Origin: the human T2T-CHM13v2.0 reference genome, Homo sapiens
Direction: 5' to 3' (one strand)
Assembly: GCF_009914755.1 (NCBI RefSeq)
Contig: NC_060926.1
Length of the DNA: 64,000 bases
Below, piece by piece: positions 14,355 to 28,523 of this stretch (position 1 is its first letter; each line of letters starts with the position of its first letter). The notes under the pieces are model-generated. The model saw nothing but the letters and a program-made list of their open reading frames with translations. It made no database searches and was not told the origin of the DNA. A program made the position numbers and the translations under genes.

Positions 14355-14829
14355 TGAAGTGAGAAAAATATGAGGGTAATTAGAGGGGCCAACCAACAGT
14401 AAATGTTTGCTGTTCGTTATTTCAGAAAATACTTGTGTAAGTACCCATGTCGCCCCTCCAACTCTTAGTGTGACTCCTTCCCAGGCTTGAGCTATTTTGC
14501 TTGTCCCTCTGCCTTCCTTCAAATGCCCTGTGCCACTGTTCAAATGCAGGCCTTAAAACATATTTCTTAATTATAGATAATAGTTGATTGTAAACATAAC
14601 AAGAGATTTCTTTGTTGTTTGTGATATACTTAAGCATATAGAGAAGAATTACCTAATTTATGCTGTGTCTGCAAGGTACCAAAGCAGGTAAAATATAAAA
14701 CAGTCAAGTTGATCACTTAGTGTTGCATAGATGCACAATAGGTTATTTAGCTGAATTCAACTCTTCTTTTTTTATCTATAACTTATCTGAGTGAAAAAGA
14801 TAGTAGTCTAGTGATGTTTTCCAGAGTAA

Positions 14830-15296
14830 AGGTGCCACCACATGATGGAAAGCTCAGCTTTTTTAGCCTTGGCATTTATTTATTTATTTTTATTTTTATT
14901 TTTTTTCCTTTGAGACAGGGTCTCACTCCATCACCTACGCTGGAATGCAGTGGTGCAGTCACAGCTCACTGCAGCCTCAATCTCCAGGGCTCAAGTGATC
15001 CTCCAACCTGAGCCTCCTGAGTATCTGGGACTACAGGTGCGTGCCACCATAGTTGGCCAAATTTTTTTATTTTTTTGTAGAGACAGTGTCTTGCTATGTT
15101 GCCCAGGCTGGTCTTGAACTCCTGGGCTCAAGTGATCCACCCATCTCTCTCTCCCAAAGTGCTGGGATTACAGGTGTGAACCACTGCACCCAGCCTAGCC
15201 TTGGCTTTTCACAGGGAGTGGCAACTCCTCCTCCCAGAGCAGAGCTACTCCAAAGATTTCTGCTGCTTCCAATGTAGATTTTCAATGATTTCAGAT
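14830..15296 (-). pseudogene. Dynein exon remnant split by an AluJ
   Basis: [11 protein letters not shown] resembles QESTRLFEVAL. With the Alu and one TSD copy removed, CEKPRLKKL resembles CRKEIKLLKGL. Confidence 0.55.
14874..15195 (-). mobile_element. AluJ inserted in a dynein exon remnant
   Basis: Reverse Alu; TSD tagccttggc at 14864-14873 and 15196-15205. Confidence 0.9.
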
Positions 15297-15811
15297 CTAC
15301 ATAAGAACGTAGTTACTGTTTAGGAGAAGCCAGCTTTCATGGAGGAAACTGTATTTGTGATCCTGATGATTTTCCTTGAACAGGCCAAGTCTCGCCACAT
15401 GGCATCATTTCCTCCTCACCTGCAGAATCGCTGTGACTTATGGCTCCTCTGATTGCACCTGCTTTCACCAGCAGCCCTGGAAGAGAGCTCTTCTGTGTGG
15501 ATAAGAGTTGAGAGATCTTGGTTTCATTACTTGTTTAAATTGGACCCTCTCAAATGAATGTAAGCACATAATGGGGGGACTACACTATGAGATTAAAAGG
15601 AATCCAGCTGTTACCAGAAATGGGTGCCTGCCAGGTTTATCCACCAAATTCTTTCCACTTCATGTCATTAAAATAAAATTTGAGTTTTAAAATGAAAATT
15701 TCTCAGATTGATATGAATTTGTCTCATTGATTTTATTAATATAGCCAGTTAACATAACAATTCTATCATACAAGGAAATGAGAATAATACAAAAGCAAAA
15801 ATAAGGGTAGG

Positions 15812-16157
<346 letters not shown>

Positions 16158-16302
16158 TCACATTAATCTGTAAAGGACAAAAAAATAAGACTTTAAACTC
16201 TTAATTTGAAAAGTTATCTCCATTTAAATCTCCTTTGCTTATTTTATTGACCACCTCCTTTGTGGATTTCATTTCCTATCCTTGATTTAAAAAAAGGTTA
16301 AG

Positions 16303-16655
<353 letters not shown>

Positions 16656-17089
16656 CTACATCAAGGCAGCCTGTATAAGTATTGCATTTAGACCCCACAA
16701 GGGCACTGTGAAGAAATGCGCTCAGGCTAACTCACTCAAGCAAGATCACAGTGCTCAAAAGTGCTGAGCAAGGATTAGAAGCTCTCTTTTCTCCTTCCAA
16801 GTTCACAGACTGTTCTATTAAATCTTTAAATCTTTTTTAAATACCCTGTAAATACACAGAACATACTTAGAAGACCATGAGTCTCCTTTGACTTGTGGTT
16901 CAGGGCCCAGTTGGGGGAAAGTAATACTATCTCCTGGAGATAACCTCTCTCTCTTGAGTCCCTATCACTTATGCCCATATAAATCTCTTCTGGATGCTTT
17001 AGTAAAGCAGTTAAAATAGCAGAGATTTTAGGGCTATTGCCTGGCATGGTCCAGCTGCCCACAGTCCCCCAATCAGTACTCAATGGGCT

Positions 17090-17159
17090 GAATTCCCACT
17101 TCACGTCCTCTGCTCAATCTTTCCCTATTTCATCAATAAATTGCCCTAACTCAGTTATA
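17090..17159 (-). pseudogene. Dynein pseudogene exon 5' part
   Basis: Splices in phase with the previous exon (AG+T = Ser). SITELGQFIDEIGKD* resembles SLNELQEFIKETDSGL. Confidence 0.75.
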
Positions 17160-17496
17160 CTAACATATAATATGAGAAAATGCCAACAGTTAATTAGGGA
17201 TGAGCCTGTGAAAACTTGGGGGAAGCTACATGTTTCAATTATATTAATGAACACGTAAATGCAATCAAATCAAATGGATAAGCATTGTGTCAAGTTTTTG
17301 CAAGAAGAGAATTGCATTTCACATGCATGAAAGCAACTCTCTTGTAACTTACAGAATACGACATTAAAAATAAGCACATAGGAGAACCATTAAAATACTT
17401 ATTATTTGAGTTAAATTAGAATTCTATGAGGATAGTTTCATCAAATGATTTGTGTTATTTTAATTTCCTTTCACAATCAGATTCAAATTACTCTAC

Positions 17497-17659
17497 CTAC
17501 AGGTTACAATTGTTAAGCAGATGCTCCTTAAACATCAAATCTCATTTTTTGTAACATTCATCATGGATTTTTAAAAGTATCAAGTTGAAGCTAGCCACTA
17601 AATATCTTCTGATTTTTAAAGTTATCAATTCCTTCACATAATATTTCATAGATGTTGAT
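17497..17659 (-). pseudogene. Dynein pseudogene exon (163 nt)
   Basis: Polypyrimidine tract plus AG; INIYEILCEGIDNFKNQKIFSG*LQLD resembles IDSYETLYEEVCRLEPIKVFDGWMKID (W to TAG). Then MFKEHLL and an AG|GTAGAG donor. Confidence 0.9.
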
Positions 17660-17790
17660 CTTAAAGGAAAAGGGGAAAAAAAGGAAAGATCTCTCAGAGG
17701 CAAGAGCTTTATATCTCAAAATATTTTATGATTTAACAGCTGTCCTGGGAGTTGAAAAAGATGATGCTAGACTCAGCTAAAATTCAATAC

Positions 17791-18047
17791 GTGTTCTGTA
17801 AAGTGTGCTAACTGCAGTGTGGAGTTCTGACACTCATAGTCCACATGCAATTCTAGTTTTTCAGCACTAAGAAATCACTCATGGAGAAGGAACTGCTTCG
17901 TGAATTCAATTTTATCATCCATCCATAAGTAGCTGTATTTCTTCAAGTAGCTTTGATACTTGTGAGCATTAATGGTGACTGATTGCACCCTGCTCGGGAT
18001 TTCCTGGTGCATTTCCTCTGGCACATCCATCTGAGCCACGTTCTTTC
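17791..18047 (-). pseudogene. Dynein pseudogene exon (best-preserved, 257 nt)
   Basis: EEMHQEIPSRVQ...YSYLWMDDKIEFTKQFLLHE*FLSAEKLELH...LAHFTEH resembles AEVRQEIMNRVV...[31 protein letters not shown]...LEQFKEQ. TAG acceptor, GTATTG donor. Confidence 0.92.
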
Positions 18048-18938
18048 CTAATAGAAAAATAAAATGGAAAAACATAAGTGGAGCCAATGATTTTTCTTTT
18101 AAAACCATGAAGAATTAGAGGTAGACTACTTCAAGCTAGACTACCGCCATCCAAAATCCAACCAGTACCCCATTAAGTTTGAGAGTTTATTTTATACAAG
18201 AGTTCTCAACGTGTTGTATGTTAACTAAGATTTGTAAAGATAATCACACTCTAAACACAATAGAGGATCTTGTTATTTAAGGGAATATATTGTGAATCAC
18301 TTGGTAAAGTAGATAATTCTTTTGGAAAGTGAAAAATCACCAACTTACTTTATCCTTCACAGACTATGTTGGTTTTCTTAAGACCAGAAAAATAAGCAAC
18401 TGAATCTCTTATAAGTAGAAAGTGGATTTTCTCACCATGAACATTCATGAACCAGCAGAATTAGACATCAACCAGTGATCAATAGAAAAGGTGAAGGTGA
18501 AGATTTCCCTCTGACAGCATCATCTCCTTACCACCTAAGGAGCTCAAGGAAGGCAGAAGAACCTCATTGCCACTGTTTCCAAAGACCTCTCTGATGTCTT
18601 TACTGTAAGCAACTCTGCCTTCAAGCAGCCAGGAGACTGATTTTACGAGGCAGATGAAGCCAAATGATAGGTGATTGCGTATGGGTGTGTTGGCCATGGG
18701 ATCTTTGCCTTATAGTTCCTACTTCTTCTCTTGGCTAGATACATACCAAACCAACCAATGCCTATGGTCAATTTGTGTACTTTGGGTCTCCATTTTCTTG
18801 TTTGGTTCAACATTACGTCATCTTTATAAAATAAATTGAGAGAAAAAATTTATAAGAAAGACTTAAGTATGTTCCAAGAAAATATGCCATTTACCCTAGA
18901 GGTTGAAATATAATCAATTATTCAAAACTTGCATGCTA

Positions 18939-19391
<453 letters not shown>

Positions 19392-19509
19392 AGAAAGAAA
19401 GAGAGAAAGAGTGAGAAAGAGAGAATGAAAGAAAAGAGAGAAAAAGAAAGAGAGAAAGAGAGAAAGGAAGAAAGGAAGAAAAGAAAGAAGAAAGAAAGAA
19501 AGAAAGAAA

Positions 19510-19605
<96 letters not shown>

Positions 19606-19610
19606 AAGAG
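19392..19610 (+). repeat. (GAAA)n / GA-rich microsatellite grown from the Alu tail
   Basis: Direct reading. Confidence 0.97.
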
Positions 19611-20069
19611 AGTTCCTGTTCCCCCATTCTGTGTTTTTCAAACATTTACTAATTTTTCAAAGTTCAGTGTAAAAGTCACCTCCTTAGTTGGACCTCAACA
19701 GCACCCTTCTTATTGTGATGATTGTGATGTGATGTGGCAGAAATGGGAAAGGGCTGGGATCCAGAAGGGAAGGGTTATAGTCTTGGGGTTCACTTCTTAC
19801 TAGCATGACCCTAAGCGAATGGCCTCAACTTTCTGAGTCCTTTTCCTCTTCTATAAAATGGATTTAACCATCATTATTTCACAGGACCATTGTGAAGACA
19901 AAGTGAGATGAAGAATGAAAAACTATCCCTGGTACAGAAAATGTGAAATAAATATTTGTTCCACCTATTCTATAGCCCTTCATTGTTCTACTCACTCATA
20001 ACTGTGAACTCCAGAAGAGCAGGAGCCACACTGTGTTCATCTTTATAGTCTGCACCTAATACTTAGGAG

Positions 20070-21345
20070 GTGTTTCAGTTAAAATTAGGTAAAGCTGCAT
20101 TTGGCCAAAAACAAACTAACTAAGGAGACCTTAAATCCACAGTTTTTATCTCTCCCATAAAAATCTAGGGACTACTAAGAATCCAGGGCTGCTCAGACAG
20201 TTCCACAGATGAGTCAGGATCCCATACTCCTTCCAGCTTTATCGCCTGCCACCGTAAGGATGTGGCTCTCGTTAGCATTATCTAAGACGGCAGATGGGGC
20301 TCTAGGCAACATATCTGGATTCCAGGTAGTACAAAGAAGGAGAAGGGCAGGTCTCTCCCTGGAAAGACATTTCTGGAAGTTGTGCAACCACTTCTGCTTA
20401 CATACCTTTGGCCGAAACTTGGTTGTATGGCTCCATCCAGCTGCATGGGAGGCTGGAAAGTGTAGTCTTCAGTCTGTGCCTCTGTATATCCAATTAATAT
20501 TCAAAGTCCTGTTACTGAAGAAGAAGACAGAATTTGATGCTGCAGGGACCATGAATGGTATCTGCCCTATTACACACATGACTATGCTTTGGGAAGTTGG
20601 TTCTGGCAGGGATGTGGAGAAGGAATCAAGAGGCAAAAGCTGAAAGCCAGGAGGAGAGTTGGGACACTCCAGTAACACTGACAAACATAGGCTAGAGGAA
20701 GAGAGGAGCTCTTCCTCTCATTGAATGAGTACTGCATGCCAGACCCCGTGGGGTGCACATTACCCACACCGGCTCATTTGTCACTTCAACCTCTCAAAGC
20801 ACACTGGAGTTCAGATTTTAGCAGAATATTTATTCCAACTTGGGATTGTTAGGTGACTTAAAATGGCCATCATTATATTTCACGATATTGTGGATTGGAA
20901 ATATGGGCTGGGCTCAGCTGGGTGAGTCTTCTCTCCATATAGTGATGGTGTTCATCTATTGTGGGCTCACCTGGAGGATTCCAGGAGGCCTCACTGACGT
21001 GTCTGGCACCTTGGCAGGGCTGGCTAGGAGCCTGGGCTCAGCTGGGACTGTTGACCAGATTGCCTGCCCGTGGCCTCGCCAATGTGGTGGGCACAGAAGT
21101 CGGACTTCTTATATGGCAGCTCAAAGCTCCCAGAGAGAGCATCCTGAGAGACAGGAAGTTGGAAAGCTCAAGTTGTTTGTTTCTTGGAGGTCTGGGCCTC
21201 AAAACTGGTACAGCAACACTTCTGCCATATTCTATTGCTCAAAGCAGTCCCAAAGGCTGCCCAGATTCAAGGATGGGGGCAAAGACCCCGCTTCTCAATG
21301 GAAGGTAGGTACAAGTATTTGCAGCCATCTTGAATTCTCCACAGG
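20070..21345. mobile_element. Two old MLT1-type MaLR LTR fragments (~20070-20560 and ~20850-21345)
   Basis: Typical MLT1 motifs (gggctgggctcagctggg, cttcttatatggcagctca, cttctgccatattctattg). Confidence 0.55.
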
Positions 21346-21837
21346 TGACTTGCACTTAATCAGTATCCAGTAAGTGTTTGTTGAATGATTCACAGGTTTG
21401 GTTCAGTTCTAGATCCTGAAAAATAACATAAATGAGAAACACATCAAGTGTCTAGGAGTTTCTAGAACTTAACTCCTTTCTTTTGAAAAGGAGTTCAAAA
21501 TACAGATTTAGGACACAGGATCTGACTGTACATTAGCAAAATAAAAGTGGAGTTTACTCCAAAACATGAAGGAAGAAAGTGAACGGCTATTCTTCTCCAT
21601 TTCCTATACTGTAGCAACAGTTTGAATAGGTTGATTGCTTTTTGGTATTACCTGGGAATTTCTTCAAGATCCAAGCTGATTACTCCCTTCTGTCCTAGAG
21701 ACAGGAAAACAGCCAAGGAAGAGTGAGTTACTGCCTAAATATAAGCTTCCTTGGCCAGTCTTGGGTGAAGGAGGTAAAAAGGCAGCAGCTGGAAAATGCC
21801 CCAGGGAGAGTCTCATTTTTTGAAAGAAAAGCAGTAC

Positions 21838-22168
21838 CTGACAGGTGTCTTTTCCAAGGCGCCTAGCGACTCCCTTTACAAATGAGGCAGCGCTGAAGTC
21901 TTGATGAGACGTTCTCTCCTGCTAGTGACATTTTTATTGACAGCATGGCTCTAACAAGTTTGGAAAGTCATCTCATTGTCATTCAGGACGAGTGGGGCCC
22001 CAAAGAAAGGGATGGAGTTAGAGCTGGTCTTGAAGTTTTCCATCAGATGCTGGCTCTAACTGATACTGATATGAACACTTGAGCATCCTGGGCAACCCAC
22101 ATAAAACCAAATAATTGCAGTGACAACTCCCATTCATCAAAATGAGATGCGAGTAAGTTCTGCTTGTC
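21838..22168 (-). pseudogene. Dynein pseudogene exon (331 nt)
   Basis: CAG acceptor and CAG|GTACTG donor. QHLMENFKTSSNSIPFFGAPLVLNDNEMTFQTC* resembles [54 protein letters not shown] resembles [20 protein letters not shown]. Confidence 0.85.
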
Positions 22169-22539
22169 CTGATAATGACTTGAAAATGATAAGTTAGTGA
22201 AAAAAGCACTTAGGAAGACTTTTCCTTTCCACCTCAGCTAATTGGCCACTTCGTTTGTAAGCGAGCCTTTGCTTTATTTTAAACTAGTTTTTCACTTCAG
22301 CTACTACAAGACCCTGCCTAGACTAGATAACCTTAAATCTTTTCTGGGTGAGGCTAGACTGCGCTAGCGTTAAGTTCCTTGAACATGAATTTCACACCCC
22401 TTCCATGCCATGCCTTCCAAGTCCTTTACAGGCCATGAAAGTAAATACAATCCAATCTTGTAAGAGAAATAAATGTGGGCTGAAAGGAACTTAGCCTGTG
22501 CATCTAATAAAAATCAATAACCTTTCCAGAAATATAATA

Positions 22540-22720
22540 TATTGAATAATACGTCCGCTGTTTTCACCTGAATCTGTAAGGGACATTTCTGTGGTACCTC
22601 TACCAAAGGAAAATCAAGATCTAATGGTTTTTGCTTATTGAGTAAGAAAAGCATGAAAAGCTACTGCTTATGTTTACAGAGAAGAAGGGGCATTACAGGC
22701 CAATGTAGGAAGGACCAATG
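22540..22720 (-). pseudogene. Possible dynein exon remnant
   Basis: HWPVMPLLLCKHKQ resembles DWSANPLFERKDNK; LTDSGEN resembles IKESGLK. Confidence 0.35.
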
Positions 22721-23319
22721 CAAATTTAGCAAGCCAGATAATAGCTGGGCGAATGTGACTTTTACCATAATGGCGGTGTTGCTCAAGCATGCTGCAGGCC
22801 TTGATTGGCTGACCTGTGAATAACCTTTTTTGACTGTGTAAACAGGGCAAATAAGTGACTTCACTGGCCCCAAATGAGTGATTAGAAGCAGTTATCCAGC
22901 CCATACTTATATTTATACAACTCCTTTGCGAAAAATCTCCAAGTTTGCCTTTTCTCTCTCACAGAGAGGTAACTTGACCTAAGTTCTGTCCTTGTGGTAA
23001 AGGGCGCAACCTGAAGGGACTTTCACCTGAACCAGCTGTACGCTGCTCAAATCCTTAGGAGTTAGTTAACTCAGACCATGAATTCTTTACCATCCAGGCA
23101 AGCAGACCCCCTAACACATTCCATCCCAAGAAAAAGAGGGCATTGCTCAATCAATGTGGCTCTCACAGAAGCAGCTCCATATTGCCCTTAGATTTCTGGA
23201 CTTGGTTGTCCTGATCTCAGCTGTGTCCAGGTTTACAAGAGATTTTTCCACAGTGCATCAAAACCTGCCAAACCAGACTACGTTGTGTGGCATGGTGGGA
23301 TGGCTAAGGGTGGGGATTT

Positions 23320-23525
23320 GGCACTGAATTGCATGGGATGGAGCCAGGCTCTGCTACTCCCTTGCCATTGTAACTTGGAGTAAGTTACTATCCTTTGTCT
23401 CTTACTTCTGCATCTGTAAAATGAGGAGCATAATGGTTGTGGGGATTATGAGAAAATAACATATAAATGGCTTTCTGTAGTATCTGCATATGGTAAGGGC
23501 TCAAGAAATATTAGCTATCATTATG
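23320..23525 (+). mobile_element. MIR
   Basis: ggctctgctact..aagttact..catctgtaaaatgagga..aaatattagctat. Confidence 0.7.
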
Positions 23526-24113
23526 ATTTCAGTTGCCAGCTCATGATCTTCACTTTGGTTGCCAAAATGGGTGGGAATGGGAGTTCCTAATTGCAAGATG
23601 CTCTTTCACAGTCTAATTTCACTCAGTGACTAAATTCAGGCCCTGATATCAAAACAAAAATGTTTTCGTGGATGATAAACATGAAATATTCTTTTATCAA
23701 CCACATTTTTTGCCCGTTGAAGTAGAAAATAATTCCTTACAAAAATAATTTTTTAAAAGCACATTAAAATCTGGTCGTAATAATAACCCACGTGCTCCTT
23801 CTGTCCCTACACTTCATAAAGAAAAGAAAAAAAAACAAAGAAAAAAGGAAAAAAGTGATGGGGGGTTCTCCCGAGTCATGTCCTGCACACCGGGCTGACA
23901 CACGTGTTCCACCAAATCTGTGTCTACAACATGAAATGAGGTGCAGTTTAACAATCCCGCTGGCAGGCAGGCTAAACAGGTCTTAATTCATCAACATTCT
24001 TTGATTGGAGCTTGGATTGAATATAGATTAAAACTCATTACCCAGGCTGGTTCAGCTGTCCTCCAGCTTTTTGTTCTCACCTACATCTGTCAGAGAAAAT
24101 GGTCCATATTTAT

Positions 24114-24218
24114 GTCGTGGAGAATTTCTCGTTTAGGATATAAGCATGTCAAAACTTTGGGTATGTCAGGATCTTTCAAAATCTCTGCGTGTTACACTTC
24201 CTGGGGAACAGCTGAAAG
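24114..24218 (-). pseudogene. Dynein pseudogene exon (105 nt, one stop, donor mutated)
   Basis: LSAVPQEV*HAEILKDPDIPKVLTCLYPKREILHD aligns without gaps to DNAH11 [35 protein letters not shown]. AG acceptor intact; donor reads ATAAAT. Confidence 0.85.
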
Positions 24219-25322
24219 CTACGCACTTTCACAGCCTGACTGCTTTTAACCCTTCACACTGAGAAGGTGATGTCTCGTTATAAAGCAGGAGAGATTTCTC
24301 ACACTGTATGAGAAATATTTACCATCACCATCAGCCGCTGCTAGCCTTTAAGCTGCTCTGTGAAAAGTGTGAAGGAGGGGAGCCAGGGGAACCGAAATTC
24401 AGCTGCCAACCTCTGTAGCAGAAAAGATTTATCCCTTGGAAAATGTAGGCTATCACTGTAGAGAGCCACCTCTTAATGGCTTTCAACTCTGCAGAAATTG
24501 TTGTCAGGGAGACTGAAGCAGGTGCCTGTCATGCAGAGGCCATCTTGTCAGTTTGCTCGGCCAGAAAGAGGACTCGCTGCAAGTTTCTGGTTTCCACATC
24601 CCATTTATCCAGGCTCCATCATAATCGATATGCAATGGAACATACAAAAGACCTGATCTTGCCCATAATGATAGATTTGCAAAGTGGGCCAGACGAGCCT
24701 CACAATCAACTCTCAAAGAAAATGCAGACATCTCTCCCTGGAAGTGGGGTTGTTGGCACAAAATGCTGTGAATTGTTCCATAGTCTTAGGCTTCCTTTCT
24801 CTGAATCCCTATAGCACTCATTATCCGTAACACACAATTTAGCACTTGATTATATACTGTCTCGTATTGTTCTCTAATTGTTTCTCCACCCAGATAAGAG
24901 GTGGAGTTTCTTGAAGACATCATTTTTCCCCCTAACATGATTTCTATAATTGTCTGGAGCTGCTTCCCTTAAACCTCTGTCTAGTAATTTTTCTTCCATC
25001 ATGGTATGGTCTTCAAATCCACTTAGATGAGGAGAAATAAAAACATCAGTCACCACCCCCAGAAAAACACAACTAATTGAAAAATAAAGAGCACCTGCAT
25101 ACATTATGCACACCCAATAATGTGTCACGTGGAGAAAATATCCTTACGGGTAAGAAATTCAGGGGACATTTGTTTCGACAGCCACTGAACATCTTAGCCT
25201 CATACTAGCACACACTTACAAAAGTCTCTTCACTCTTCTGTGTCTCCCTATCCTTTTCAACGGGGGAAAAAAGTTTTTAAAACAATGACAATGCAATATC
25301 CTGAGAGAGGGCTCCAACTTAC

Positions 25323-25390
25323 CTCTGGATTGAAGTTAGCATCATATAATCCACACCCATTGCTCCAGGAATTGGTTGCTTGAATGCCAT
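25323..25390 (-). pseudogene. Dynein pseudogene exon 3' part
   Basis: KQPI...GLYDANFNPE followed by a GTAAGT donor; resembles NQPL...GLLCVNFDPK| and TVNFNPQ|. Confidence 0.7.
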
Positions 25391-25503
25391 CTGCAGAAGC
25401 AATTAGCACTTCTTTTTCTAGAGGGAATATAATACAGCACCCCCTATCGTGGCAAAAACAACTATTTTCAAGTGCTTTTGGAAAACCAGATGATTTTTTT
25501 TAC

Positions 25504-25629
25504 CCAGACATTTTGTGAAGGACAGAATCAGCTTCTTGATGAATTCCTTTTTGAGTCTTCAGGGTGGGTCCATCCTTCAGCCGCTCCTGGATGACATCTA
25601 TGGCAGCCCTGGCAAGCTCTCCATGTGCC
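25504..25629 (-). pseudogene. Possible dynein exon remnant (126 nt, AG/GT bounded)
   Basis: CTTCCTCAG acceptor and GG|GTAAAA donor at the expected position. Protein similarity is weak. Confidence 0.3.
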
Positions 25630-27215
25630 CTGAGGAAGCAGGCAGAGGGTGCTGGGCAGGAGACTCTCTTGTGTCTCTAAGGATCATTTCAGGTTCTCGC
25701 TAAGTTTCTCTGCAATGCACTCCTTAAAAAGGGGGAAATGGTTGAGTCACAAAATTCCTTGTAGTTCTCTGTTTTCACAAAGGATTTGTAGAGAGGCAGG
25801 CAGGTACCTCAAGAAGAATGCCCATCTCCCCGTCTTTTGGCAGAACCACACATTTAAGCGTAGCAGAAGAGTGAGGCTTTATACTATTTTCAAAACTCTT
25901 CAAAGAAAGGTAATTCCACAACCTCCTCCCAGTCCATGGTTCGCCAACTGGCCGCATGAAAAGATTACTCTACGTACTGCATGATTTGCGTTTCAACAAC
26001 ATGTGCTCAGGTTGCTCCGCTTGCCTCCCTCTCCCCTGGCAGGCAGGACCAGGTAAAGTGCAGAATGAAAAGGCAAGACCACTCGTTAAAAAAAACAAGT
26101 GTGAAGACTTCCAAGGTGGCAAGAACAGAGCATCAAGCCCAGGATGACCCCGTCCCAGGATGGCCCCATGTGACTGGCCTCAGGGGAGACCACAGATGGG
26201 TCTGGATCTGGCCCTTGCAAGCCCCTTTTAGCCCATCTCTATCGTACCATCTTTTCTTACTTCTTCATAGCATGATCTTGTTTTTGTTGTTGTCGTTTAT
26301 TTGTAGCACTTGCCAGAAGACTCCTACCTGTGCCTGTCCTTTAATACATAGAATCTTCTTGCTTCAGCTCAAATCTTCTGGTTAAGAGAAGCAGACACCC
26401 CTCCATCTACTTTAAGAGGGCATGACCATGGGACCTGGGCTGGACCAAGACAATGCCTGGAACAGTAGCTTATGTGCTCTCTCTCTCTCTCTCTCTCTCC
26501 CCCTCTTTCTCTCTATCTGCCTCCACTTTTCCTTTGGCTGAAGCTCTATTCTGCTAACATCAGCCTTCAGATTACCCCGTTGCTTTCTCCTCATAACTTT
26601 GGCCTTCATACAGCCTCCTGGGTCCTGACTCTGTCCCACGACTTTTCAGCTGAAGATCCCACTGCTAGCACCTCGACTCAATATTCTTTAGTCCAAATTC
26701 CCAAGAGTGGTCCCAAGTGACCCAGCCATCTTCCTACACCAGATCACGGGTAGCTGACCAGGCCTATGGATTGGCTACCTTTGGATCAGATGTCATTCTT
26801 GCTCCAGCTAACTTTTTCTTGGAGGAGGGATCAGGTCATGTGATACATCACTTGACTGCCCAGGGCATATGAGCAGAGTAACTCTATTAAATAAATGAGT
26901 TTGTGGATGGGAAGGCATCTTACATGATTGCTTTACAGTGTTCAGTTCTCTCAATTCCCCCAGTGGGGTGGGCATTATCATTCTCATTCTGCAAGTATGG
27001 AGCTTGAGGACCGGAGACTTTATGCAATTTGCCCAAGTTCCCAGAGATGACAAGTGTTCGAGGCAGAAGTCGGGCATAGCTGAGACTGCAAAACCCCTAC
27101 CCTGAAGCTGTCTCCAAAACTGAGAGGAACAAAACAGAAGGGACCTAAAATGCTTCTCACCTGCTCAAAACTCAGAACTAGACCTGCCCCTTCATACACA
27201 AATCCCAGAGGTGAG

Positions 27216-27955
27216 TGTATCAGTTTCCTAGGACAGCCATAACAAAGGAGCAAAGAGTGGGTGCTTAAATAACAGAAGTTTATCATCTCATGGTTCTAGA
27301 GACTGGAAATCCAACACTGAGGTGCCGGCAGGGTTGTTCTGAGAGCTGTGAGGGAGAGTCTGTGCCAGGTCACTCTGCTCAACTTGTAGCTGGCCGTCTT
27401 CAGGCTCACAGGGTGATCTTCCTCTGTGTAGATATGTCTATGGTCTAAGTCCACATTTCTCATTTCCCTTTTTTTCTTTTCTTTTCTTTTTTTTTCTAAA
27501 GACACAGAGTCTCACTCTGTTTCCCAGGCTAGGATGCAGTGGCGTGATCTTGGCTGACTGTAAACTCTACCCCCGCAGGCTCAAGCAATCCTCCCACCTC
27601 AGGTTCCTGAATAGCTGGGACCATAGGCACACATCACCACGCCTGGCTAATTTTTGTATTTTTTGTAGAGATGGGGTTTCACCATGTTGCCCAGGTCTGG
27701 TTTCAAACTCCTGGGCTCAAGCAATCTGCCCAGCTCAGCCTCCCAAGGTGCTGGATTACAGGCATGAGCTACCACACCTGGCCCAAACGTCTCCTTTTTA
27801 TAAAGACACTGTTGTATTGGCTTAAGGCCCACCCTAATAACCTCATCTTAACTTGAGTGCCTCTGTAAGTGCCCTATTTACAGAGGTCACACTCTACGTA
27901 CTAGGGATTAGGGCTTCAACGTATGAATTTTGTGGGACACAATTCAGCCCATACC
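27216..27955 (-). mobile_element. MLT1B/C-like LTR interrupted by an AluJ (~27469-27785)
   Basis: MaLR motifs on both sides of a reverse Alu. Confidence 0.78.
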
Positions 27956-28523
27956 GTGAGACAATCAAAACACTCCTCACATTCCTGCTCAGTGATCCCA
28001 CTTCTCATTCTTAGAATCAGGGCCAGGGAGGCAAGAGGCAGCAAAGGCACAGACACCTGCCAGCAGCCTTCCTCAGCACCTGAGTGCACAAGGGCTGCTC
28101 CTGCCTTCCCTCACAAGGCCCTCCTGCCAGCCTCATGCATCCAGCAAGCTCAGCCCCACCTAAGCTTTCTGTCTCTCCACCCAAGCCTGCTCCTCAGCCT
28201 CCACAGAAGGGCCTGGCAGAGCCAATGTCCAGCCACTTTTTCAGCCTTTTGATGCAGCTGCAGAGGCTCCACGTGCTTGGTTGTGCCATGGGATAGGCAG
28301 GACTCCCTTTTAACACATATAGCCTTCCCTGTTCAGTAGGACAAGCAGACTTAAACTGGGGTTCAGGAGACAGCCATGCATAAGGTGTGAATTGAGGATG
28401 TGCAGAGGTTTGAACTGAGTCTGGAATATATCAACCAGGGCATCTTCCCCCCCACATCAGTGGTACACAGAACAGGGATGCTGAGGGGAGAAGAGTCATT
28501 AAGACTTTGACATAGATTAGCTA

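Noticed and set aside
14440-14550. AG/GT-bounded segment PAFEQWHRA as a dynein exon
   Set aside because: 13480-13560 fits the same exon better; ambiguous.
20840-21373. Longest ORF in the track (177 aa)
   Set aside because: Lies within an MLT1-type LTR, starts at a non-ATG codon and has no recognisable domain.
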